From Paludibacter sp. 47-17 (lineage in GTDB: Bacteria; Bacteroidota; Bacteroidia; Bacteroidales; Paludibacteraceae), in contig MKVT01000012.1 in NCBI GenBank assembly GCA_001898935.1, positions 33,828-97,827 on the forward strand: DNA of 64,000 nucleotides, in the 5' to 3' direction. The position numbers were made by a program, and so were the translations under genes. Positions 1 to 9,913 of the stretch are shown here, piece by piece. The notes under the pieces were generated by a model. It saw only the letters and a list, made by a program, of their open reading frames with translations. It was not told where the DNA came from and made no database searches. The stretch's first letter is position 1; each line of letters opens with the position of its first letter.

Positions 1-1
1 C

Positions 2-475
2 CGCATCGCCAGGGGATTCGGGATGCAGTTGTATGCCTTTGATATGTACTGCAGCGACGAATTGATTCACAACGACGGCGTGATCCCTATGTCGTCGAAA
101 AAAGCCTTGTACGAGAAATGCGATATCGTATCGCTGCATATTCCGGCAACTCCGGAAACCAAGAAATCGATCAATAAGGAACTGCTCTCTCTGATGCCCG
201 AAGGGGCGGTGCTGGTCAATACGGCCCGGAAGGAAGTAATTAACGAAGAAGAAATGGTGGAATTGATGGAGGCCCGTCCCGATTTCAAGTACCTGACCGA
301 TATTTTACCCGGTAATCATGAAGAAATGACCCGGAAATTCCAGGGACGTTATTTCTCTACTCCGAAGAAAATGGGAGCGCAGACGGCCGAAGCCAATATC
401 AATGCCGGCATTGCTGCTGCCCGCCAGATTGTTGATTTCTTCCAGAAAGGCACGCAGCGTTTCCGTGTAAATTAA
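2..475 (+). CDS. C-terminal part of a D-isomer-specific 2-hydroxyacid dehydrogenase (3-phosphoglycerate dehydrogenase-like). The 5' end lies outside the window.
   Basis: The frame is open from the window edge (same frame as ORF 23..475). 'IVSLHIPATPETKKSIN' and 'VLVNTARKEVI' are typical of the NAD-binding/catalytic region. A hairpin terminator follows. Confidence 0.75.
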   Translation, partial: RIARGFGMQLYAFDMYCSDELIHNDGVIPMSSKKALYEKCDIVSLHIPATPETKKSINKELLSLMPEGAVLVNTARKEVINEEEMVELMEARPDFKYLTDILPGNHEEMTRKFQGRYFSTPKKMGAQTAEANINAGIAAARQIVDFFQKGTQRFRVN

Positions 476-515
476 AGAATATCAGCCGGCTAGTTATTGT
501 GTCGGACCGGTAAAC

Positions 516-548
516 AAAAAAAGCCAACTCGTTTGAGTTGGCTTTTTT
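516..548. terminator. Bidirectional rho-independent terminator between the dehydrogenase gene and the tRNA
   Basis: Stem GCCAACTC (523-530) pairs with GAGTTGGC (535-542) around loop GTTT. An A-run lies on the 5' side and TTTTTT (543-548) on the 3' side. Confidence 0.7.
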
Positions 549-553
549 CTGTG

Positions 554-625
<72 letters not shown>

Positions 626-637
626 ATAATTGGACTG

Positions 638-645
638 CAAAGATA
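638..645 (-). promoter_or_regulatory. Candidate Bacteroidota -7 box (TATCTTTG) for the tRNA
   Basis: The reverse complement of CAAAGATA matches TAnnTTTG and ends 12 nt upstream of tRNA position 1. Confidence 0.4.
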
Positions 646-750
646 GAACATTCTTTTTAAATATCCAATACCCTTTTTGCGAAAATTTGAAATATTTTTT
701 CTCGTCGGTGCGATTTCTATCAAAATGAAGAAAAATCAAAAAAAAAATAT

Positions 751-758
751 TATATTTG
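751..758 (+). promoter_or_regulatory. Candidate -7 box (TATATTTG) for secDF
   Basis: Exact TAnnTTTG match about 55 nt upstream of the ATG at 814, in an AT-rich spacer. I found no clear -33 TTTG. Confidence 0.4.
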
Positions 759-813
759 CGGCTCGTTTGGAAATTCATCGTAATATTAAATTTTTAAAGA
801 ATAAAAAGTTCCC

Positions 814-3786
814 ATGCAAAACAAAGGTATTGTAAGAGTTTTAGCAATTCTGCTGGCCTTAGTGAGTTTGTTTTACCTTTCATTTTCAGTAGTAACCGGT
901 ACTTACAACCGTAAAGCCAAAGAATATGCTGCAGGTGATAAGTTGAAGGAATACCAGTATCTGGATTCTCTCTCCGGTGAAAAAGTTTACTTTGGTTATA
1001 CGCTGAAAGAATGTCGTGAAAAGGAAATTAACTTGGGTCTCGACCTGAAAGGTGGTATGAATGTGACACTTGAGGTATCGGTAGCCGATATTCTTCGTGC
1101 TTTGTCGGGTTACAACAATTCACCTGAATTTGTACAGGCCCTCCAGATGGCCTCCGAGCGTCAGAAAACCAACAGCCAGGTACAGTACCTCGATTTGTTT
1201 GTTTCTGCATTCGAGGAAGTGAATCCGGGCGGACAGCTTGCATCGGTATTCAGTACAATGGAATTGAAAGAGCAGGTGTCGCTGAAATCGACGAATGCCG
1301 AAGTAAAATCGGTACTGGCGAAAGAGATCGACGGAGCTATCAGCAATTCGTTTAATGTATTGCGTACCCGTATCGACCGTTTTGGCGTAGTTCAGCCTAA
1401 TATTCAACGTGACAACAACAACACCGGCCGTATTTTAATCGAACTTCCCGGGGTTAAAGAACCCGAACGTGTACGTAAGTTGCTCCAGGGCTCGGCCAAC
1501 CTCGAATTCTGGGAAACCTACGAACTCAGCGAGATCGTCAACAACCTGATGGAGGCCGACCGTTTGCTGGGTACGTTAACCGGCGCCCAGGATACAGTTG
1601 CCCTTGCCGATACCGTTGCTACAGCAGCGGTCGAAACCAATGCACAGGATAGTTTGGTGGCCGCACTCAAGAAAGGTAAAACCGAAGAAACCGACACTGC
1701 AAAATTGCAGGAACAGTTCCGCAAGGAGCATCCGCTGTTGGCCGTCCTGTCGATCCCCGGTATCGAAACCGGTCAGATTGCCCGCGGTCCCGTGGTAGGT
1801 TTTGCACATTATAAAGATACAGCCCGTATCAACAGCTATTTCAACCAGCGTATTGTTAAAGAAGTACTCCCTGCCAACCTGGGATTGCGCTGGACGGTAA
1901 AAGCCATCAACGACCGTGGTGATGTTTTCCAGTTGGTTGCCATTAAAACCAATCGCGACAACCGTGCACCGCTGGGTGGCGAATCGGTAACCGATGCCCG
2001 TGCCGATTTCTCGCAAACTTCGGCTTATGCCAATGTGTCGATGAGCATGAACAGCGAGGGTGCTAAAATCTGGGCTCGTATGACCAAAGAGAATATCGGA
2101 AAATCGATTGCCATTGCACTCGACGGTTATATTTACTCGTTCCCGACGGTGAACGGTGAAATTACAGGGGGTCAGTCGAGTATTACCGGTAACTTTACCG
2201 TTGAAGAAGCAAAGGACTTGGCCAACACCCTTAAATCGGGTAAAATGCCGGCTCCTGCACGTATTGTTCAGGAAGATGTGGTAGGCCCGTCGCTCGGCCA
2301 GGAAGCCATCAACAGCGGTTTGATTTCGTTCGTGATCGCCTTCCTGCTGGTAATGGCTTACATGATATTCTACTATGGCTTCACTCCGGGTATTATCGCC
2401 GACCTTGCATTGCTGGCCAACGTGTTCTTCCTGTTCGGGATTCTGGCTTCGTTCTCGGCCGTTCTGACGCTTCCGGGTATCGCGGGTATCGTGCTTACCA
2501 TGGGTATGGCGGTAGATGCCAACGTACTTATATACGAACGTATACGGGAGGAAATGAAGGCCGGAAAATCGATGAAACGTGCCGTAACCGATGGTTTTGG
2601 CGGTGCTATTTCGGCCATTATCGATGCCAACGTTACGACGCTTATCACCGGTATCGTACTCTCGATTTTCGGTACGGGTCCTATCAAAGGTTTTGCCAAT
2701 ACCCTGATTATCGGTATTATTACTTCGTTCATTTCGGCTGTATTCCTTACCCGCCTGATGCTCGACTGGTATGTGAACCGGAAAGATGCTAAAGAACTTC
2801 CGTTTACAACCAATTTCACCAAAAACTGGTTCCAGAATGTTCACCTGAACTTTATCGGCGGACGTAAAGTGGCTTATATTATATCGGCTGTACTGATCAC
2901 AGTGAGTATCCTGTCGTTCGTTACCCGCGGATTCAGTTTGGGTATCGACTTCAGCGGCGGGCGCAACTATGTGGTACGTTTCGACGAACCGGTTAAAACC
3001 CAGGATGTGCGTGATTTACTGGCCGACGATTTCGAAGGAGTCGGAGTTCAGGTAATTACCATTGGTTCGGACAATCAGGTTCGTATTTCGACCAAATATA
3101 AAATTGACGACAATTCGGACGTAATTGACGATGAAATTGAAGCGATTCTGTATAATGGATTGAAACCTCTGCTCAACGATGCCAGCCTGGAAGAGTTTGT
3201 GGATAACAATATTCAAAGTTCGCAGAAGGTAGGACCGACCATTGCCGACGACATCAAGCGTGCAGCCGTTTGGGCGGTGCTGATTGCGATTCTGGCGATC
3301 GGGTTCTATATCTTTATCCGTTTCCGTGCCGTAAGTTATTCGCTGGGAGCTACCGTGGCACTGGCGCACGACGTAATCATCACCCTGGGAGCATACTCCT
3401 TGCTATACAGCATCATGCCTTTCTCGATGGAGATCGACCAGGCCTTTATAGCGGCTATCCTTACCGTGGTGGGTTATTCGGTGAACGATACCGTGATTAT
3501 CTTCGACCGTATCCGCGAGTTTATCGGACTGTATCCGAAACGTGAACGCAGAACGGTGATGAATGAAGGTATCAACGCGATGATCAGTCGTACGTTCAGT
3601 ACTTCGTTCAGTACCATTCTGGTATTGCTTATCATCTTCATTTTCGGTGGCGAAACAATCCGCGGATTTATCTTCGCTATGTTGTTTGGTATCGTAATCG
3701 GTACGTATTCGTCGATTTTCATCGCTGCGCCGGTTACTTACGAAATGTACAAGAAAAGAGCAAAGAAAGAAGAACTGACCAAATAA
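814..3786 (+). CDS. secDF: Fused protein translocase subunit SecDF
   Basis: 990 aa. It has an N-terminal TM segment, a large periplasmic domain and two RND-like TM bundles. Paired SecD/SecF motifs are 'MGMAVDANVLIYERIREE' and 'GYSVNDTVIIFDRIREF'. Confidence 0.95.
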   Translation: MQNKGIVRVLAILLALVSLFYLSFSVVTGTYNRKAKEYAAGDKLKEYQYLDSLSGEKVYFGYTLKECREKEINLGLDLKGGMNVTLEVSVADILRALSGYNNSPEFVQALQMASERQKTNSQVQYLDLFVSAFEEVNPGGQLASVFSTMELKEQVSLKSTNAEVKSVLAKEIDGAISNSFNVLRTRIDRFGVVQPNIQRDNNNTGRILIELPGVKEPERVRKLLQGSANLEFWETYELSEIVNNLMEADRLLGTLTGAQDTVALADTVATAAVETNAQDSLVAALKKGKTEETDTAKLQEQFRKEHPLLAVLSIPGIETGQIARGPVVGFAHYKDTARINSYFNQRIVKEVLPANLGLRWTVKAINDRGDVFQLVAIKTNRDNRAPLGGESVTDARADFSQTSAYANVSMSMNSEGAKIWARMTKENIGKSIAIALDGYIYSFPTVNGEITGGQSSITGNFTVEEAKDLANTLKSGKMPAPARIVQEDVVGPSLGQEAINSGLISFVIAFLLVMAYMIFYYGFTPGIIADLALLANVFFLFGILASFSAVLTLPGIAGIVLTMGMAVDANVLIYERIREEMKAGKSMKRAVTDGFGGAISAIIDANVTTLITGIVLSIFGTGPIKGFANTLIIGIITSFISAVFLTRLMLDWYVNRKDAKELPFTTNFTKNWFQNVHLNFIGGRKVAYIISAVLITVSILSFVTRGFSLGIDFSGGRNYVVRFDEPVKTQDVRDLLADDFEGVGVQVITIGSDNQVRISTKYKIDDNSDVIDDEIEAILYNGLKPLLNDASLEEFVDNNIQSSQKVGPTIADDIKRAAVWAVLIAILAIGFYIFIRFRAVSYSLGATVALAHDVIITLGAYSLLYSIMPFSMEIDQAFIAAILTVVGYSVNDTVIIFDRIREFIGLYPKRERRTVMNEGINAMISRTFSTSFSTILVLLIIFIFGGETIRGFIFAMLFGIVIGTYSSIFIAAPVTYEMYKKRAKKEELTK

Positions 3787-3820
3787 GTTTTTTAGATTTC
3801 CGATTTTTATAAAAGCAAGA

Positions 3821-3855
3821 AAGACCGATTTCAGTACGAAGTCGGTCTTTTTTTT
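3821..3855. terminator. Bidirectional rho-independent terminator between convergent secDF and udk
   Basis: Stem AAGACCGA..TTC (3821-3832) pairs with GAA..TCGGTCTT (3838-3849). It is followed by a T8 run and preceded by an A-rich tract. Confidence 0.75.
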
Positions 3856-3859
3856 GGCG

Positions 3860-4474
3860 TCAATCCCGGTCCAGGAAATCGAGAATAAACTTGGTGAGGA
3901 TGTCGATGGCTATATGATTATTTCCGCCCTGGGGCACGATAATATTGGCAAATCGCTTGGTAGGTTCAATAAATTGCTCGTGCATGGGTTTAACGGTCAG
4001 TTCGTAACGTTCCATTACCTTGTTTACCGAACGTCCCCGCTCCACAATATCGCGGTTGATCACGCGTATCAGTCGGTCGTCGGCATCGGCATCCACAAAC
4101 ACTTTCAGGTCGAGCAGTTCGCGTAGCTCCGGATTGGTGAGTACCAGTATTCCCTCGACGATCACCACCTTACAGGGACTGATAGGGATGGTTTCGCCGG
4201 CACGGGTACAGGTAAGATACGAATAAATGGGCTGTTCGATGCTTCGTCCGGCTTTCAGCTCTTTCAGATGAGCCACCAACAGTTCCCATTCGATGGAATC
4301 GGGATGGTCGAAATTCATCTCCAGTCGTACTTCCAGCGGTTTGTCGCTACTATCCTTGTAGTACGAATCCTGGGGAAGGATTACCACTTCGTTGTTGGGA
4401 AGACGTTCTTTAATTTTTTTTACAACCGTTGTTTTCCCGGAGCCGGTACCTCCTGCAATTCCGATAATCAGCAT
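3860..4474 (-). CDS. udk: Uridine kinase
   Basis: 204 aa. P-loop 'GIAGGTGSGKTT' lies at the N-terminus, and the length and layout are typical of Udk. Confidence 0.9.
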   Translation of the reverse strand: MLIIGIAGGTGSGKTTVVKKIKERLPNNEVVILPQDSYYKDSSDKPLEVRLEMNFDHPDSIEWELLVAHLKELKAGRSIEQPIYSYLTCTRAGETIPISPCKVVIVEGILVLTNPELRELLDLKVFVDADADDRLIRVINRDIVERGRSVNKVMERYELTVKPMHEQFIEPTKRFANIIVPQGGNNHIAIDILTKFILDFLDRD

Positions 4475-4587
4475 AGAATATGAATTTTTCTGCGAAAATA
4501 CTTCATTTCGACTGAATATGAAAACAGTGTGAACAGAATTGTGATGATCGGGATTTTTTTATTACTTTGCAGGCAATTTTGCAGGCC

Positions 4588-7446
4588 ATGAAACACTTCC
4601 GTTTACACCTTTTGTTTTGCCTTTTGACAGTATTTACCGTCCTGCTTCCGGCACGTGATTTTACCCCTATTGTGAAGCAATTCGGGAAAACCGACTATAT
4701 GGCCGCCAATCAGAACTGGTCGGTGACACAGGACCGGGATGGTATCATGTATTTTGGAAATAACCATGGGCTGCTGCAGTTCGATGGCTCGGTGTGGGAG
4801 CTCACCCGCATGCCTCAGAATAAGCTGGTACGTTCGGTATGTGCGTCCGACGACGGGCGTATCTATGCCGGTTCGTTCGAGGAATTCGGTTATTTCGAAC
4901 GAGGAGCCGACGGAGTACTCACGTACACATCGCTTTCGGAGCAACTCAACGACTATGTGATGACCAATGATGAAATATGGACCATTACGTTGCTTGGTAA
5001 AAAGGTTATATTCCAGTCGTTTACATCGTATTTTGTGTACGACGGCACTACGGTGACCGGGTACCGTCAGCCGGTAACATTTTTGTTTTTTATTGCGTAT
5101 AAAAACAATATTTATGTACATACCACTCAGCATGGATTGTGCCGGCTCGATCTGGTTCAGCATAAATTGTATCCGGTACTGCAACAGCCGGTGAAGGGAG
5201 CTATTGTGAATATGATTCGTTTTTCCGACGGACGTACTCTGGCAGTGACACGCGACGATGGGTTGTATGAGTTCGATGGCAGCTCTTTCAGGCGTTTTGT
5301 TACTTCCGACGAAAAACTCTTTGAAACCATCGAGATTAATAAAGCGATCATTACCAACGACGACTTGCTGATACTCGGAACGATTCAGCATGGAGCTATT
5401 GCTTTTGATGCAAAAGGTAAAAAAAGATGGTCGCTCAGTCGCGATAATGTGTTGCAGAACAATACAGTATTAGGAATCGCCACCGATGATGCAGGAAACG
5501 TATGGTTGACCCTCGACAAGGGAGTGGCGTTTGTACAAGTCAATTCCGATCTTCGCTTTATCAATACCTTCGCTCCCGCTATCGGTTCGGTATACGATGT
5601 GAGTTACGACGAGAAGGCTGTATACCTGGGTACGAATCAGGGACTTTATACCGGAGAGCTTCATGCCGGGAGCATCCGTAATCTTCAGTCGGCCGGTCCT
5701 ATCCGGGGTCAGGTCTGGGATATCAGTGTGTTCGACAACCAACATTTTATAGGCAACAACGATGCTACCTACAGTATCAACAACGGGAAGTTGTCGCGCA
5801 TCTCTCCGGTTCAGGGTGGGATGTGTATCAGCAGGGGAGTAATCCATGGTAAGGAAGTATTGGTACAGGGAACGTACACTCAATTGTGTATATACGAGAA
5901 GAAGGATGGGGCATGGGTGTTTTCGACCGTTGTTGATGGTTTTGTGAATCCGGTACGCTACCTGGAAATCGATTATACGGGCCGTATATGGGCCTCGCAC
6001 CTGCACAAAGGTCTGTTTGCAATCGATTTGAAGAAAGATTTACGTACCATCGAGCGCATACAGACCTTTTCGACGCTCGACGGGAAGAACGCATACAATA
6101 TTAATGTATTTACGATCAACAACCGCGTGGTGTTTACCGATCATCACCGGTTTTATACCTACGACGATATTTCACGTAAAATTATCGTATACGAAGAGTT
6201 GAACCGGGCCCTGGGTTTTGCATCGACGTCCTACCGCGTAACGGCCGTCAGGTCCGATTTATTCTGGTTTATCCGCGATAGCGAAGCTTCGCTGTTCAGT
6301 ATTAAACCTTCGGGTATACAATTGATCGAGATCGTTAATTATTCGGATTTCAAGAATCAGACTGTCGACGATTATCAGAATATTATCCCCTATCAGGGCA
6401 GTCAATGTTTTATAACGCTCGAGAACGGGCTGGCTTTGTATCGGATGAACGGTGCCGCGATAAGGGCGGCAAAACCTACGGAGTTGAGGTTGAAAAGTGT
6501 AGCGGTTACCGATGCCCGGATGAGCGACTATCAGTATTTGGTGATGGGTGACGATATCCCGGAAATCCCGTTCGAAAAAAACAACCTGGTTTTTCAGGTA
6601 TATTATCCCGATTTTTCAAAGATGAACAACCTGCGTTACAGTTATTTGCTTGAAGGACGCGATCAGGTATGGACCGAACCACAAGCGGTGAGCCGGAAAG
6701 CCTACAGCTATTTACCTTATGGTTCGTACAGGCTCCAGGTGAAGGTGTCGACCAGCAGTGGCCAGGAATTGTCGTCGATCCGGTACGATTTTAAAATCAA
6801 ACCGCCCTTTTACTGGAGTATTGCTGCACGGATTATTTACACCCTTTTATTGCTGTTGTTGCTGTATGCGCTTTTTCTGGGAATCAGGAGGCGATATCTG
6901 AAAAAGCACCGGGCCATTCAGCAGGCACAGGAAGAACTTCAGCGCAAGGAGATTGAAAAGCGCGAGCAGCAGATTGTAGCGCTGAAAAACGAGCGCCTCG
7001 AAGCCGAATTGACGCTCAAAAGCAAGGAGCTGGCCGAATCGACCATGAGCTTGATCAACAAAAATGAAATGCTGGCGCGCATCCGTGAAGAAGTGTCGCG
7101 GCAAAAAGAAGCCTTAGGGGCCCAGTATCCCAATAAATATTACGAAAAACTGGTTCATATGATCGACGAGAACATCAGTTCGGAAGACGACTGGTTGCGT
7201 TTTCAGGCTAATTTCGATCGCATACACGAGAATTTCTTCCGTAATCTTCACCGCGATTATCCCGATCTTACCACCAACGACCTTCGTTTTTGTGCATATT
7301 TGCGTTTAAATCTTTCCAGTAAGGATATTGCACATCTGATGAATATTTCGCTGAAGGGGGTTGAAGTGGCAAGGTACCGCATCCGTAAAAAAATTAACCT
7401 CCCATCGCACAAAAGTTTGACCGAATTCATGATTGAATTTAAATAA
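4588..7446 (+). CDS. Membrane-anchored one-component sensor/regulator: periplasmic two-component-regulator propeller repeats + Y_Y_Y domain, one TM helix, coiled coil, C-terminal LuxR/GerE-type HTH
   Basis: Signal-like N-terminus from the ATG at 4588 (the ORF-track start 4567 is TTG). Repeated 'DG.(I/L)(W/Y)(F/A)G...GL' propeller units. Y_Y_Y signature 'LRYSYLLEGRDQVWTEP...YSYLPYGSYRLQVKV'. TM segment 'IIYTLLLLLLLYALFLGI'. HTH 'LSSKDIAHLMNISLKGVEVARYRIRKK'. I saw no HisKA, HATPase or receiver motifs. Confidence 0.8.
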   Translation: MKHFRLHLLFCLLTVFTVLLPARDFTPIVKQFGKTDYMAANQNWSVTQDRDGIMYFGNNHGLLQFDGSVWELTRMPQNKLVRSVCASDDGRIYAGSFEEFGYFERGADGVLTYTSLSEQLNDYVMTNDEIWTITLLGKKVIFQSFTSYFVYDGTTVTGYRQPVTFLFFIAYKNNIYVHTTQHGLCRLDLVQHKLYPVLQQPVKGAIVNMIRFSDGRTLAVTRDDGLYEFDGSSFRRFVTSDEKLFETIEINKAIITNDDLLILGTIQHGAIAFDAKGKKRWSLSRDNVLQNNTVLGIATDDAGNVWLTLDKGVAFVQVNSDLRFINTFAPAIGSVYDVSYDEKAVYLGTNQGLYTGELHAGSIRNLQSAGPIRGQVWDISVFDNQHFIGNNDATYSINNGKLSRISPVQGGMCISRGVIHGKEVLVQGTYTQLCIYEKKDGAWVFSTVVDGFVNPVRYLEIDYTGRIWASHLHKGLFAIDLKKDLRTIERIQTFSTLDGKNAYNINVFTINNRVVFTDHHRFYTYDDISRKIIVYEELNRALGFASTSYRVTAVRSDLFWFIRDSEASLFSIKPSGIQLIEIVNYSDFKNQTVDDYQNIIPYQGSQCFITLENGLALYRMNGAAIRAAKPTELRLKSVAVTDARMSDYQYLVMGDDIPEIPFEKNNLVFQVYYPDFSKMNNLRYSYLLEGRDQVWTEPQAVSRKAYSYLPYGSYRLQVKVSTSSGQELSSIRYDFKIKPPFYWSIAARIIYTLLLLLLLYALFLGIRRRYLKKHRAIQQAQEELQRKEIEKREQQIVALKNERLEAELTLKSKELAESTMSLINKNEMLARIREEVSRQKEALGAQYPNKYYEKLVHMIDENISSEDDWLRFQANFDRIHENFFRNLHRDYPDLTTNDLRFCAYLRLNLSSKDIAHLMNISLKGVEVARYRIRKKINLPSHKSLTEFMIEFK

Positions 7447-7591
7447 ACTTCAAAAGGTGATTTTGGAAAACGGTAATCGTAAATTTCAGACGGTCAGGTG
7501 CTAATACTTGATTTCCGAAAGTTTGTAGGGTTAAAATGGGGTTCCCTTTTTTAAGTTTTTTTTCTTGTAGTGATGTTATGGGGTTGGAAAA

Positions 7592-7624
7592 TTTGCATAG
7601 CCGAAAGGCTTAAGCCTATCTTTG
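7592..7624 (+). promoter_or_regulatory. Candidate PUL1 promoter: -33 TTTG (7592-7595), 21-nt spacer, -7 TATCTTTG (7617-7624). The 12-bp palindrome AGGCTTAAGCCT (7606-7617) sits in the spacer.
   Basis: Matches the Bacteroides consensus TTTG-N19-21-TAnnTTTG and lies 25 nt upstream of the GH3 ATG at 7649. Confidence 0.5.
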
Positions 7625-7648
7625 CCGTGTTGAGTGACAAAAACTATA

Positions 7649-9886
7649 ATGAAGAAACACATGAAACACACCCTCCCCTTTTTATTGTTGGCTACCCTAC
7701 TGGCTGTTTCCTGTAAGCAGGAGCTTTCCACTCCCGAAACGCGCATCGACGAACGGGTCGATTCGGTACTCCGGCTGATGACGCTGGAAGAAAAAATCGG
7801 ACAGATGGTGCTGTATACCTCCGACTGGGATGTAACCGGACCCACCATGCGCGCCACGTACCTGGACGATATTCGTAAGGGCCATTGCGGTAACATTTTT
7901 AACGCACATACGGTAGCCTATACCCGCCAGCTGCAAAAGGTGGCTGTTGAAGAATCGCGTCTGGGCATTCCTTTGTTGTTTGGTTACGACGTGATCCACG
8001 GACACAAAACCATTTTTCCCTTATCGTTGGGAGAGGCTGCTTCGTGGGATACCGCGGCCATTGAACTCTCGGCCCGCGTATCGGCCGTTGAAGCTGCGGC
8101 TTCGGGCTTACACTGGACCTTTGCGCCCATGGTCGATATCTCGGTGGATCCGCGTTGGGGAAGAGTGTCGGAAGGAGCCGGCGAAGATCCGTTTTTAGGA
8201 TCACGGATCGCCGAGGCAAGGGTGCGTGGATTTCAGGGGCGCGACAACAACTTAGCCGACACCCTCACGGTACTTGCCACGGTGAAGCATTTTGCTGCCT
8301 ACGGAGCTCCGCAGGCCGGCCGCGACTACAATACGGTTGATATGTCGGAGCGGGTGTTTTTCGATACATATCTTCCTCCTTACCAGGCCGCCATCGAGGC
8401 CGGAGCGATGAGTGTGATGACTTCGTTCAACGAGCTCGACGGAGTGCCGGCCACCGGCAGCAGCTATTTACTCAAGGATATTCTACGTGATAAATTAGGA
8501 TTTAAAGGTCTGGTGGTAACCGATTATACTTCGATCAACGAAATGGTGCACCATGGTGTGGCGGCCACCGATGCCGAAGCCGGCTTGCTGGCGGTAAAGG
8601 CCGGAGTGGATATGGACATGCAGGGAGAAGTGTATTTCAACTACCTGAAGCAGCAGGTGGAGGAGGGTTTGGTGAGTGAGAAGTTGATCGATGCTGCTGT
8701 TCGCCGTGTGTTGAAAGTGAAGTTTTTACTCGGATTGTTCGACGATCCGTATCGCTATTGCGACGAAGCACGTGAAAAACGGTATGTATATGCACCTGCG
8801 CATTTGGATGCGGCGCTGGAAGTGGCCAGGAAATCGATGGTGCTGCTTAAAAACGACCGGCAGGCGCTTCCTTTGCGCAAGGGAGAAAAGATAGCGGTAC
8901 TGGGTGAGCTCGCGGCTTCGACCCGCGATATGCTGGGATCGTGGAAGGCGGCCGGCGATTGGGATTTCATGCAGTCGACCGTGGATGCATTGCGCGAGTA
9001 CGCCGGAGCGGATCAGGTGATGTATGCCGAAGGAGCAAAAAAGCAGGGCGAAGACCGGAGCGGCTTTGCGGCAGCATTGGCTGCAGCCCGGAAAGCGGAT
9101 AAAATAGTGATGGTGATAGGCGAGGATTGGGAATGGACGGGCGAAGCGGCCAGCCGTACGAATATCCTGGTGCCGGGTGTTCAAACCGAACTTCTTGCTG
9201 AAGTTGCAAAGTTGGGTAAACCGGTGGTGGTCGTGCTGATGAATGGCCGTCCGCTCGATTTGTCGCGGGAACACCGGTTAGCCGATGCGCTGCTCGAAGC
9301 ATGGTATCCGGGCACCATGGGTGGGAAAGCAATTACCCAGGTGTTGTACGGCGAATACAATCCATCCGGTAAATTACCGATGACTTTCCCGCTCAATTTA
9401 GGACAGGTGCCGGTGTATTATTACGCTAAAAATACCGGCCGGCCTGTTTATCTTCTCAACGATAAATATAAATCCAAGTACATCGATGCACCCAACGATC
9501 CCTTGTATCCTTTTGGATTCGGGCTCAGTTATACTCAATTTGTTTATTCCGATCTTACGTTAAGCGCACCTGAGCTTACCGCTTCAGGCCGTATCGAAGC
9601 TTCGGTAAGGGTTACCAATACAGGGAGTTACGATGGAGTGGAGATTGTACAATGGTATGTGCGCGATTTGGTGGGAAGTGTAACCCGGCCGGTAAAGGAA
9701 CTGAAAGGATTCAACCGGATTGAATTAAAGAAAGGCGAGTCGAAGATAGTTGAATTCACCCTTACTCCCGAACAATTGGCTTTTCACCGTATCGATATGA
9801 GTTATGGTCCCGAAGCCGGTGAGTTCAGGTTGTTTGCAGGCGGAAATTCGAGAGATGTACTCGAAACCGGTTTTGTGTTGAAATAG
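7649..9886 (+). CDS. GH3 beta-glucosidase (BglX-like), lipoprotein
   Basis: Lipobox 'LLAVSC'. GH3 motifs 'TVKHFAAYG' and 'GFKGLVVTDY' (nucleophile Asp region). C-terminal Fn3-like domain. About 745 aa. Confidence 0.9.
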   Translation: MKKHMKHTLPFLLLATLLAVSCKQELSTPETRIDERVDSVLRLMTLEEKIGQMVLYTSDWDVTGPTMRATYLDDIRKGHCGNIFNAHTVAYTRQLQKVAVEESRLGIPLLFGYDVIHGHKTIFPLSLGEAASWDTAAIELSARVSAVEAAASGLHWTFAPMVDISVDPRWGRVSEGAGEDPFLGSRIAEARVRGFQGRDNNLADTLTVLATVKHFAAYGAPQAGRDYNTVDMSERVFFDTYLPPYQAAIEAGAMSVMTSFNELDGVPATGSSYLLKDILRDKLGFKGLVVTDYTSINEMVHHGVAATDAEAGLLAVKAGVDMDMQGEVYFNYLKQQVEEGLVSEKLIDAAVRRVLKVKFLLGLFDDPYRYCDEAREKRYVYAPAHLDAALEVARKSMVLLKNDRQALPLRKGEKIAVLGELAASTRDMLGSWKAAGDWDFMQSTVDALREYAGADQVMYAEGAKKQGEDRSGFAAALAAARKADKIVMVIGEDWEWTGEAASRTNILVPGVQTELLAEVAKLGKPVVVVLMNGRPLDLSREHRLADALLEAWYPGTMGGKAITQVLYGEYNPSGKLPMTFPLNLGQVPVYYYAKNTGRPVYLLNDKYKSKYIDAPNDPLYPFGFGLSYTQFVYSDLTLSAPELTASGRIEASVRVTNTGSYDGVEIVQWYVRDLVGSVTRPVKELKGFNRIELKKGESKIVEFTLTPEQLAFHRIDMSYGPEAGEFRLFAGGNSRDVLETGFVLK

Positions 9887-9913
9887 ATCGGAAGAACCAG
9901 GGATTGGAAATTA

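Noticed and set aside
1576-2844. 422-aa antisense ORF inside secDF. Similar long antisense or out-of-frame ORFs occur at 24017..25117, 36495..37523, 38555..39448, 40610..41563, 41882..42925, 43207..44556, 49983..50855, 50907..52061, 51586..52332, 52263..53141 and 60332..61534.
   Set aside because: All overlap confidently assigned genes on the opposite strand or in another frame. None has recognisable motifs.
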